DNA of 63,726 nt from contig NC_057719.1 of NCBI RefSeq assembly GCF_004010195.1, positions 17,780,165 to 17,843,890 of the forward strand, read 5' to 3'. Positions 48,898-59,713 of the stretch are shown here, one piece after another. The DNA comes from Chiloscyllium plagiosum (taxonomy: Eukaryota). A program made the translations under genes and the position numbers. The first letter of the stretch is position 1. Every line of letters begins with the position of its first letter. The notes under the pieces are model-generated. The model searched no databases. It worked only from the letters and a program-made list of their open reading frames with translations, and had not been told where the DNA came from.

Positions 48898-49013
48898 GGT
48901 CAGGCAATATCTGTGAAAAGAAGGGATGAGTTAGCATTTCACATTTGGACTCTTTTGTCCAGACCCAAAATGCTGACCTCATCTGTTTCTCCTCCTGCAG
49001 ATGCTGCCTGACC
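48898..49013. mobile_element. Old fold-back Penelope-derived element
   Basis: Imperfect inverted arms ggtcaggcaatatctg...gatgagttagcattt / aaatgctgacctcatc...cagatgctgcctgacc. Confidence 0.55.
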
Positions 49014-49600
49014 CACTAAATGATGTCCATTTGTCTTTGTGGAGAATCTTGAATGAAAGAAAGGAAGAACTTGTACTTATTTAGCGCCTTTCACAACTTC
49101 AGGACAGGGAACTGTGCCACTTGTCTTGCACACCTCATCGATTCCCCAAGTAGGTTAGCTATTGCCAGACCAGTACTTGTACTGCTACGGGAAGCACAGT
49201 ATCTGCTATGTGACACCTCCCCTTTAATTGCAGAATGTCAGGACCACAGGCAGTTGTGCAATTAAGTAGTCTCCATTAACATGAATGGGGAAGTCTCCGT
49301 CTCTCAGCGCAAACATTTTATTTTCTGTTGTTTGGTTTGCTATTTTCAAAAGGATGCATGGAAAAAAACAATACCTACTACTGAAAGAGTGAAACACTTT
49401 AAAAAGGGGGAGGCGTGATTGTCCCAGTGGGGCGTTTCCTGGGATAAGCCAGCTCTTGACAGTTCACCACTGAGCTGCTGTGTTTAGCAATTGGGGAAAG
49501 TTCGGTGCTGCAGCACTGGGAAACTTTTTTCATTGTAGTGTTGTATTTTTAGCATTGTTTTAATAGATAATTGTTATTAGCCTAAACTTTGACACGTTAC

Positions 49601-50186
49601 CCATTACTGAAGTCTAGCCAACTAACACTGACATTTAAATGCTAAGTATGTTCCTGTCCACAGCAGAATCTCTCATTCATCCTTTCATTCCTCCACACTG
49701 ATTTGTTTTGGTACTGTACTCCCCTGGCTGTCAAGCTGTCCTGCACCTTCAGTAAGTTGGAGCCACGCTGTATCCTAACTTGCACCAAGTCCTGCTCTTC
49801 CATCACATTTGTGCTTGACAGCTCTCACTTCAGGGTCACCTTTTATGGATCAGTTTTAAAAATTCTCATCCCGTATTTCAGATCTCTCCATGACTATATT
49901 TTGAACCTCTTTCAGCTCGAGAACATTTTGGGATTTCTGCACATTTCTAACTGCGGTCTTTCATTCCCCCTCCCCCCAATCCCCACCAACACGCGCACAC
50001 TTTTAATGAAAAGCCAACATCGACAAAGGAACTTCAGAACATGGGATGCATCAAGTGTCATTCCATACTGGACAGTTGAAGTCCACATCAGGGTGTAGTG
50101 ACCATTGCTGAAGTCTAGCCAACTAACACTGATATTTAAATGCTAAGTATGTTCCTGTCCACAGCAGAATCTCTCATTCATCCTTT
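49601..50186. repeat. 85-bp direct repeat (49601-49685 and 50102-50186; 2 mismatches)
   Basis: Compared base by base: 83/85 identical, with a 416-bp spacer. Confidence 0.95.
49662..49965 (+). mobile_element. Old L2 ORF2 3' fragment
   Basis: tcctaacttgcaccaagtcc...catcac...ttttaaaaattctcatcc...tctccatg. Confidence 0.6.
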
Positions 50187-50897
50187 GTTTCCCCCTGCTG
50201 CCATGTCTCTGTACCCAAACAGCAGATAGCTTGATAGTTCTGATCCCAGTTCATGTGTGAAAAATGTCCACTTGCTGCATCTGCCATTCAGATATGGGAA
50301 TCCTTGCTCGTGTAACCGCCACCTGTCCACGGAACGTGGCCTTCAGAAGGATGGGAAAAGACTTGTCATAGTAGTTTGGTCAACACACATGGTGGCTGTT
50401 TTGAATGGGGATGCTCAGAATTACTTCAGTTTTCAGTTAGTTTTTGCATGTGTATTTTTGGTGGCATGTTCCTCAGAGTTCTCTGAAACATCATTATTAC
50501 TTCTGATTGATATTGGTTAGATGGAGGAGACGGTGGTGGAAGATGTGAATAAGCTGATGGAATTCAATCCAAAGGCAGAATTTGGTGTGTAAACACACAT
50601 TTTACACATGTGAGTCAATTTGAGTAATAATGTTACTGATACAAGGAAAATGGAAGAAAAATTAGAGACTTGAGACACTTTATGCAATTAAATGAGTACA
50701 CAATTGACTGCTGTAGAATTAAATGGGAGGTACTGTCCTGGAATAGCAATTTCATTACAATTGTGCCCATACCACGCGCAATGCTCCAATTACTAAAGAA
50801 TTGTGAAATGGAAACAAAAGGTGCTAAACTGAGGCAGTGGATTCTGTATAATAGAGAGGGGAGAATTAGCTGTAATTTTATGTTTAAGTTGTGTTAT

Positions 50898-51289
50898 TTT
50901 TTTCACTCGAGCGTAGGAGGTTGAGGAGTGACCTTGTAGAGGTTTACAAAATAATGAGGGGTATGATAAGGTGAATGGCAGGTGTCTTTTCCTTAGGGTG
51001 GGGGATTTCAAGTCTTGGGGCATATTTTTAAGGTGAGTGGAGAAAGTTTTAAGAAAGACATAAGGAGCAAGTTTTTACACAGAGAATGGTTTGTTTATGG
51101 AATTAACTTCCAGAGTTAGTGGTTGATATGAGTACAGTTACAATGTTGAAATGGCATTTGGGTTAGTACAGGAATAATAAATGTTGGAGGGATAGGTGCA
51201 GGCAGCTGGGACTAATTTAGTTGAGGATTATGGTCAGCATGGACTGGTTGGACTGAAAGGTCTGTTTCCATTGTGTATGACTCTGTGAC
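50898..51289 (+). mobile_element. HER1/CR1 3' fragment
   Basis: ggaggttgaggagtgaccttgtagaggtttacaaaataatgaggggtat and tail ggactgaaaggtctgtttcc...tatgactct. Confidence 0.9.
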
Positions 51290-51434
51290 CCTCATTGGAT
51301 AATACCTGAGTATCAAAGAGGTTTCCACTGGATTGAATTGCACTTTTCTCTTTCTAGTGGCAGTGCTTGATAAGTGGTGGGAAATGTAAACAAAAGGTAA
51401 ATTTTGAAAGAAAAATTATTACGTAACTCTGTCC

Positions 51435-51580
51435 TTTCCATGGGTATTTGTTGGTAATGATATTGTGGGATGTGAAACTAAATCTGGTAAATGCAATTGA
51501 AATACAGATCAGCCATAATCTAATTGAAAGGTAGAACAACTTTGATGGGCTGAATGGCCTATTGCTGCTTCTCTGTTCTG
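51435..51580 (+). mobile_element. CR1 3' tail
   Basis: cagatcagccataatctaattgaaagg...gatgggctgaatggcctattgctgct. Confidence 0.65.
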
Positions 51581-53499
51581 TCCATAGGAGGAGGTAAACC
51601 TCATCATTGCCTTTTTTGGGCAGGGTATTTTTCATTCTTGATGCCCTTTCCATGTCCAAGGTGCGCACATTGACTTAAGTTATTCTCGATTATCTGCGCA
51701 TGTTCATCAAGAATTAGGAGGCTTGGTGATCTGAATTTGATTTTGGAATCCCAGTAAATGGGTTCTTGGGTGCATATATGCTGTCAGTTGTGATTATTTG
51801 AAATTTGGCATTCTTGGATTTGTCCTGATGAGTGCAAATCGAAAAACTTGCACAACATTTGCTGTGGTGTTCAAGTTGTATATGAGAGAATGACTGACTG
51901 TTGTCAATTTGACTTTAGAATTGTTTTTATTGATCAGTAATGGTGCCCCAACACCTGGTACACCTTTGCTACATGGAGTATGAACAGAGATTGTGATACT
52001 GTTTGATACAGGAGGGCTTCAACAAGCCAGCAAGCTTCCAACCTTACCTGATGCATGTGTGTGCACATGGAGGTACAATTTTCAGCAAATACCCCTAGAT
52101 AATGTTCATGTGTAGCAAGCCTAGCCCTTTATCCCATCCCTACCCACCAGAAATGGACAGGCAAATTACAGCACCCGTGATGTGAGCTAAAATCAAAAAA
52201 AGAATTAAATAGCCTTGATTAAATCTCTCCTCACCCTAGCATTTACTGAATTACGATCGGAAGAAACCTCTGTAGCGTGTATCCAATAGTACAGACCAGC
52301 AAGTTAAAATAACCTGTTTCTGTGCTTTAAATGCTGTACAGTCCAGAGATACACTTCACTGGATTGGCAAATGCTAGGTGAAGGAGGTGATTGGCATTTC
52401 AGCTGTGTTGGGATGATATAAATTTCTCTATAGTGTTACAAGGTAGGGGATGGTTTGCAATGAAAAGATTGGAGTTGCTTAAGAATGCGGTTTACCACTT
52501 GAGGGCAGTTGGGGATGGATAACGAATGCTGTCTCTGCTAGAGATGCTTATGTTCTATGAAAGATTAAAATAAAATAATGTCAGAGACGGTATCCCTGTA
52601 CTTTTGCTGAAGACGCAATGGCCATTGTAGAGGTCTGCTGGGGCCTGCCTTAGAATACTGTCCAGAGTTGGTAAGCTGTGCAGTATCTATTTACTGATTT
52701 TTCAAGAACTTCAAAGGCACAGCTGATATTACAGTAGCGATCACATGGAACTATTCAGAAATCTCTGTCAATTTAAATTCCCACCCTCCCCTTTAAATAG
52801 AGAAAGGTAAACCCCATTCAATTGCTGTGTGTTGTAATTGCAATAATTTAATTTAGCTATTTAACCTGTAATTCGGCAATATTTATTAAAGCGCTGTTCA
52901 CAGAATGAGGCCATTAAGAGCAAATGATGAATACATTTAAATTAAAATTAACAGTTCTAAGAGCTAGTTGACCTCCATTTTGTAATGGTTTTATTAGACT
53001 GGTCACACTAATTATAGCCAATGATTCACTCGAAAATGAAAACATTTTGCAGTGCAATTTTTCTGTGTTTATTTGAGAGCATTCTCCACTGAAATGCAAA
53101 GAGAAGGTCTTTCTATGTTTAAAACAAAATTAAATTTTGCTTCTATTCGTTGGTTACACAGATTGCTGTCAGTGTTCTGTTTGTTTTCTGCATATATTCC
53201 AGGGATGTATGTGTCACTGAATAGCATTAGTATAATTATTCGTGTCACAAATGAGACTTAATACTTCTTTCTTTGTGAGAAAAATTGTTTACATTGTGTT
53301 CTTAAATTACACAATGACAGTTTTACCCCATGTTGTTGATTTCTTTTGGTGGGTGTGGGATGTGGGGTGTAGTTAAAGGATTTTGGGTTTTAAAATCTGA
53401 TAGGTCTCTCAAGTACGTATCAGTCTACTCACTACCCCAAGAATAAGTTCAGTGAGGTATAAACTACCCCTTTGACAGAATATAGTGTGGGGAGAAGTG

Positions 53500-53685
53500 G
53501 TGTCCCAGCCACATTTATCCTTTGGGGCCAACATCACCAGAAGAAAATTGCTCATTATCGAAATGTTTTTGCTGAATTTGCTGTGCAAATCCAAAGCTGG
53601 GGTTCCCTACACCTCAACAGTGATTCCACTTCACAAGTATATTATTATTTACAAAGGCCTTTAGGAAAATGGGAGGTCATGAGTT
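53500..53685 (+). mobile_element. Deu-SINE core/tail fragment
   Basis: tgtcccagccacatttatcc...ccaacatcacc...ttgctgtgcaaat...caacagtga...cacttca. Confidence 0.55.
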
Positions 53686-53786
53686 GAAATTAGATCCCAA
53701 AAAGAAAGAAAAGGGAGTATTCTGAAAATAATAGTGTTTCCTGTTGATGTTTTGTATTTAATGTGGTTGTTTGTGTTTTGTTTCTT

Positions 53787-54330
53787 AGGAATCCTACAAC
53801 ACAGAAAAAAAAGTCCATTTGGCCCATTGAGCCTCTGCTGGTCCTTTGAAAGAGCAATCTAATTAATCCTACTCCTTGTGGGTGGCACAGTAGCTCATTG
53901 GTTAGCACTGCTGCCTCACAGCATCAGGGACCCGGATTTGATTCCATCCTCAGGCGACTGCCTGTGTGGAGTTTGCACATTCTCCCCTTGTCTGTGGGGG
54001 CCTCCTTTGGGTGTTCTGGTTTCTTCCCACAGTCTAAAGATGTGTAGGTGAGTTGGATTGGACCATATTAAATTGCCCATAGTGTCTAGTAATGTGTAGG
54101 TTAGGTGGATTAGCCATGGGGAAATGCAGGGATAAGGTATTTGGGGTGAGTCATGGTGGGATGCTCTTCTAAGAGTAGGTGTGGACTTGTTGGGCCAAAT
54201 GGCTTGTTTCCAAACTGTAGGGATTCTTGTTCCTGTCCAATAAGCCAACACATTTTATTCTTTTCAAACATCGTCCAGTTCCCTTTCTGAAGTTACTGCA
54301 TTTCTAGGCAATGTATTGCATATCATATTT
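53787..54330 (-). mobile_element. CR1 3' tail remnant split by HE1
   Basis: taggaatcctacaacacagaaaaaaagtccatttggcccat; it resumes after the SINE with tccagttccctttctgaag. Confidence 0.55.
53880..54225 (+). mobile_element. HE1 SINE, full length (older)
   Basis: ggtggcacagtagctcattggttagcactgctgcctcacagc, V-domain and tail ctgtagggatt. Possible TSD cttgt. Confidence 0.9.
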
Positions 54331-56256
54331 TATCCCATGTGACAAGTTATCTTCTGTACCTTGTATGCTGCAGGTATTGGTGAACAGTAGGCATACCTGC
54401 TTCAGCATCCCGTCGAAGCAATGACGAATTTCAATGTGCAGGTTTCTTCCTACTCCATTACAAAGAGTTTTCTATCCATCTGGCAGCTGAGGGAACAGTG
54501 AGAACAAAGCTTCTAATCTTGGGCATCTTCTTAGGTATTTTGCCACCCATGCAGTGCCACACTCCACTTAGCGTACCATGTTAAGCACACAGTAATCCTC
54601 CCAGTGATGGCTACTTCATTAGGGTAAAAAAGTAAAATGCTGCATGGATTGAGTGCTATATGGACTGAATCCATGCCATTCACCCCCTCCCGTTACCTAG
54701 TCAGTGACTGAACCACTTGCAGATTGGTAGGGCAGGGATTGTTCCCTCCTCACAAAGAAGACAGTAGAGTCACCTCAGTTTGCTTCAACACTACGCTCTG
54801 AACCAGGAGGAACAAAATATGCTGTTTTTGTTGATGCAGCGTACTATTCATTGGTGCCTGCTAAGGCGTTGTTGGGTCTCTGAAAGGAATGGACTCCACT
54901 TCTGAAGTCCTCTCCTTAACTCCACAGATGTTCAGTTTCTAGAAAGGTCTAAAAAAACTGTGGCTGTTTGGGGGAGAGGTAATGGCAAAGACGAGTGTCA
55001 ACAATAATGGATGTTGGGGGTGATATAGCAGAGTACTGTTAGCACCCCTTGAATCTGGACTCTGCGATAATCAATTCCTCCTGCAGAACAGGACATTTTT
55101 TTTATTAGTATGTAGTTATTTATCTTTTACTTTGCACTGCCAGTGCAAATCCAGTTGAGAAATTGTCGCTGACAGTGCAATACAGAGACAAACCTTGATG
55201 ATGGAGAGCCCTTCACTGCCTCAGTACGCCCTAAGTTCTTTACAGCTAATTAAGTACTTTTTGAAGTCTAGCCACTGTTGTGTAACTTAGGAATTAAGTT
55301 TCATAATGTAGGAATGAAGTTTCGAGCAGTCTACAGCAGGTTGCTAGTGAATGGCTAAACCGCCCATGTAATTCAGTGTGCATTGGACTTTTTCCAAAAG
55401 GCCATAAAGGTGGACAGGGTGGGAAATCAAAATGATGTCTTGATGCAGTATGAGTGCTTTTTTGAATGTGTGGTTAATATTGACTCATTTCCAGAGGGTG
55501 TGATTATAAAACATTTTGGCTAATTTTGAATTCCTATTGCATTATCCAGAACAGTGAGCTGCTGGCTACTGACTCTTAGTAACCTGTGGCATGGTAGTGG
55601 CTCCAAGATCTCAGACAGTGTTATTAGTGGTGAGGGCTGTACTAAATGGCTTGAAGCATTATGTAAATTTGGAGAAAGATAGGGCTGAACAGAAACCAAA
55701 TCTTAAACTGGCCAGATTTGAGAAATCTTAATGTTGGTTAGGTTTCCTGTATTCACCTGCTATAAACTGTAAGCAGTGGTCCACAGTGAGTTGAATGTTT
55801 GCTGATGTTCTGCTAGGTAACACTGTTTGTGGAACACTAATTAATAGGGGTTTTGATGGAGCCCTTTGCCCCTCTCTTACCTGGTGCACTGGGGTCCGGT
55901 AGTCTGACCAAATATTGCCCTATCCAAACTTGCGCAAAGGGTTTGGAAAGTAGGATTGGGGAAACCATCGAATCAAGATCAAAACTGCCATGTAGATTTG
56001 ATGCCAAATAATTGTTTAATTTTTAAAAATGAACTGAGGAATGCTAACTTAACACCTATTCATTCGTGACTAAAAGTTACCACTTTTAAAAAGAACTTAG
56101 GAGCAAGTTTATAAAGTGCATGGAAAGAAGGGAAGGTAGGAATTTAAATCATTCACTGATGTTCAGTAGAAATTTCCGAGCAGAAAATGCCTTATAGCAC
56201 CTGCACAATGCAATAATCTTCAGATATTTAAATACAGTGGCTCGGTTGCTAGGCTA

Positions 56257-56452
56257 AAGAAATAAATGTTTGCACTTAGATAGCACCTTTCATGACCTCA
56301 GAAGTCCCAAAATCTTTCTGGTCAGTGACATACTTCTGAAGTTTTGCCACTGTTGAAATGAAAGAAATTTGGTCGTAATTCTGTGTACAGCAAGCTCCCA
56401 CAACAGCAGATGATTTGTGATTTAATGATGCTGGTCAGGGATAAGTATTGGT
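56257..56452 (-). mobile_element. Deu-SINE 3' fragment
   Basis: tagcacctttcatgacctcag...cagcaagctcccacaacagc...agggataagtattgg. Confidence 0.65.
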
Positions 56453-57127
56453 TCAACTGAGTAATCCAAAAGCCAAAGGAAATTCTGAAATAACGAAGAT
56501 ACTCCAGTTCTTTGTCATTGCTTGGTCAAGCTTCATAGTTTCCCTGTCCTGCCATATTCTGAGTTTTTAAAAAATATTTTCTGTTGCAGTGTCTGAAGTA
56601 AATGAGCACAGCTCTGCTGGATAATGTGCTTATTAATCCAAATTCAACTCACAATTGTGGTGTCACTTTCAAAGCCATTAATGATTTAATAAGCAACTCA
56701 GTGGATCAAAAGAAACACTAAAACAAACTGACATTGGAAGCATTCTAAGTTCTGCCCTTTTTTGCAGTTAAGCTGTGTTCCTGATTCATGATTACTGATT
56801 TTATTTGTGTTGTTTTGTAGTGTCAACAGTGCAGTTCTACAGTTTAATACTGATCCTGGCCTTAGGCTGGTAGAAAAGTATGTGTCCACAGCAGCTTTCC
56901 TCACTTAACAGTCTCATTGTTCATTGAGGCAGATGCATTAAAAGAGATTTGCACATTGATGCCATCTACTTGATATGTGTTTTTGTTTAAATTTGCATAT
57001 TGCTTGCCCGGTCACATCCATGCTGTCCACATGCCTTGGAAGGAGGGCAGAAAAGGGTGCTGCTAGTTGAGCCCACAGGCTATTTCCCCAGTCCCTGGAA
57101 ATATTGCACTCATTAGCTGATTTACTG

Positions 57128-57200
57128 CTGCGTTGTCCAGTACATTAGATACTAGCCACATGCGGCTAATTGAGAATCCAGATGTGGCTAATTGCATTTC
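57128..57200 (+). mobile_element. hAT-Charlie (MER3-like) terminal/subterminal remnant
   Basis: ctgcgttgtccagtacattagatactagccacatgcggctaattgagaatccagatgtggctaattgc closely resembles the MER3 block as I recall it (CTGCGCTGTCCAAT...CACTAGCCACATGTGGCTATTGAG...AATGTGGCTA). Confidence 0.5.
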
Positions 57201-59512
57201 TGATTAGTAAGTTAAAAAAATGTTATAGACACTGATCTCAATATTCATTCCTGCAAGGTGCTTGCAAAAATACATGAACCTTTCCATGTTGGTGAAATGA
57301 AAAGCATGAAAGGCCGTTTATTTTTGATTGTTTTGTAAGTTGTAGCTCTTTGGGTGTTAGATGTTTGTTTAGTCAACATGGGAAGGCCTTGCTTAGTGTT
57401 GTCCCAAGCAGCATCATTTTGCATTAACATTTCTGTCCAATTAATATTCTGCATTCCTGTTGTATTGTTGCTGTTACATGCTAATGTTATTTCTGCGTCT
57501 GAACTGAAGTGTCTAGACAGTCCTGTGTAAACCTGTGTGAGAGTTGAAGGTGGGTGGAAAACAGGGAGGGTGTATCAGGTCTTAGAAGGACTGGAAGCAG
57601 ATTTTTAAATGTGCTGAGAATAGTTTTGTCTTGGTTTCCTGTTGTCCTACTAAATAAAGACAACAGGTTACATACTCACTGCCTTCTACTGAGGTAATAT
57701 GGGCTGAGGTTAGAAACAGGAAAGAAGAGGTCATCCCGTTGGGAGTTTTCTATAGGCTGCTGAATAGTTCTAGAGATGTAGAGGAAAGGATAGAAAAGAT
57801 AATTCTGGATAGGAGCAAGAGTGACAGGGTACTTGTTATGGGGGACTTTAACTTTCCAAATATTGACTGGGATTACTATAGTTCAAATACTTTAAATGGG
57901 TCAGTGTTTGTCCAGTGTGTGCAGGAGGGTTTACTGACATAGCATGTAGCCAGGCCAACAAGGGGCGAGGCCACATTAGCCAGGTGTTAGATTTGGAGGT
58001 AGGTGAGCACTTTGGTGATAGTGACCACAATTTGGTTATGTTTATTTTAGCGATGGAAGGGATAGGTGGATACCACAGGCCAAGAGTTGTAGCTAGGGGA
58101 AAGGCAATTACGATGCGCTTAGGCAAGATTTAGGATGCATAGGATGGGGAAGGAAGCTGCAGGGGATGAGCACAATTGAAATGTGGACCTTATTCAAGGA
58201 ACATCTACTGCGGTTCCTTGATAAGTATGTACTGATCAGGTAGGGAGGAAGTTGTCGAACGAGGGAGCCATGGTTTAATAAGGAAGTTGAATCTCTTGTC
58301 AAGAGGAAGAAGGCTTATGTTAGGATGAGATGTGAACGCTCAGTTAGGGTGCTTGAGAGTTACAGGTTAGCCAGGAAAAATCTAAAGGAAGAGTTAACAA
58401 CCAGGAGGGGACATGAGAAGTCGTTGGCTTTCTTTTCTTCCTGATATACCTGTAGAATAACAAGAGTAAGATTAGGTCCAGTCAAGGATAGTAGTGGGAA
58501 GTTGTGTGTGGAGTCTGAGGAGATTGGGGAAGCGCCAAATGAATATTTTTCGTCAGTACTCACACTAGAAAAAGACAATGCTGTCGAAGAGAATACTGAG
58601 GTACAGGCTACTAGACTAGATGGGATTGAGGTTCACAAGGAGGAGTCGTTAGCAATTCTAGAAAGTGTAAAAATAGATAAGTCCCCTGATGGGATTTATC
58701 CTAGGATTGTCAGGGAAGCCAGGGAGGACATTGCCAAGCCTTTGGCTTTGATCTTTATGTTGACATTGTTTACAGGAATAGTGCCAGAAGACTGAAAGAC
58801 AGCAATTGTTGTTCCCTTGCTCAAGAAGGGGAGTCGAGACAACCCTGGTAATTATAGACCAGTGAGCCTTACTTCGGTTGTGGGTAAAGTGTTGGAAAAG
58901 GTGATAAGAGATAGGATTTATAATCATCTAGAAAGGAATAGGCTGATTAGGGATAGTCAACATGGTTTTGTGAAGGGTAGGTTGTGCCTCAGAAACCTTT
59001 TTGAGTTCTTTGAGAAGGTGACCAAATAGGTGGATGATGGTGAAGCGGTTGATGTGTATATGGATTTCAGCAAGGTGTTCAATAAGGTTCCCCATGAAAG
59101 GCTATTGCACAAAATACGGAGGCATGGGATTTAGGGTGCTTTAGTAGTTTGGATCAGAAATTGGCTAGCTGAAATAAGACAAAGGGTGGTGGTTGATGGG
59201 AAATGTTCATCCTGGAGTTCAATTACTAGTGGTGCACCACAAGGGTCTGTTTTGAGTCCACTGTTGTTTGTCATTTTTATGAACGACCTGGATGAGAGCT
59301 TAGAAGGATGGGTTAGTAAATTTGCGGATGACATTAAGATCAGTAGAATGGTGAATAGTGACGATGGATGTGTAGGTTACAGCGAGACATGGATAAGCTG
59401 CAGAGCTGGGCTGAGAGGTGGCTAATGGAGTTTAATTCAGAAAAGCGTGAGGTGATTCACTTTGGAAGGAGCAAGAGGAATGCAGAGTACTGTATTACTG
59501 ATAAGATTCTTG

Positions 59513-59713
59513 ACTTGGAGGTGCCAGTGTTGGACTGGGATGGAAAAAGGTAAAAATCACACAACACCAGGTTACTGTCCAACCGGTTTCTTTGGAAGCA
59601 CTAGCTTTCAGAGCACTGCTCCTTCATCAGGTGGTTGTCAACCTGATGATGTAGCGGTGCTCTGAAAGCTACTGCTTCCAAATAAACCTGTTTGACTGTA
59701 ACCTGGTGTTGTG
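59513..59713. mobile_element. Family B fold-back Penelope-derived element inserted in CR1
   Basis: TSD taagattcttg (59502-59512) and taagattgttg (59714-59724). Arms of about 74 bp surround an 8-nt loop, with CTGATGA cores on both strands. Confidence 0.9.
59596..59636 (-). ncRNA. Minimal hammerhead-ribozyme-like motif (best-preserved copy)
   Basis: The minus strand reads aaccac-CUGAUGA-A-GGAGC-AGU-GCUCU-GAAA-GC-UA-gugcuu: stem I 5/6 bp, stem II 5 bp, palindromic AGCU as stem III. Activity untested. Confidence 0.55.
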
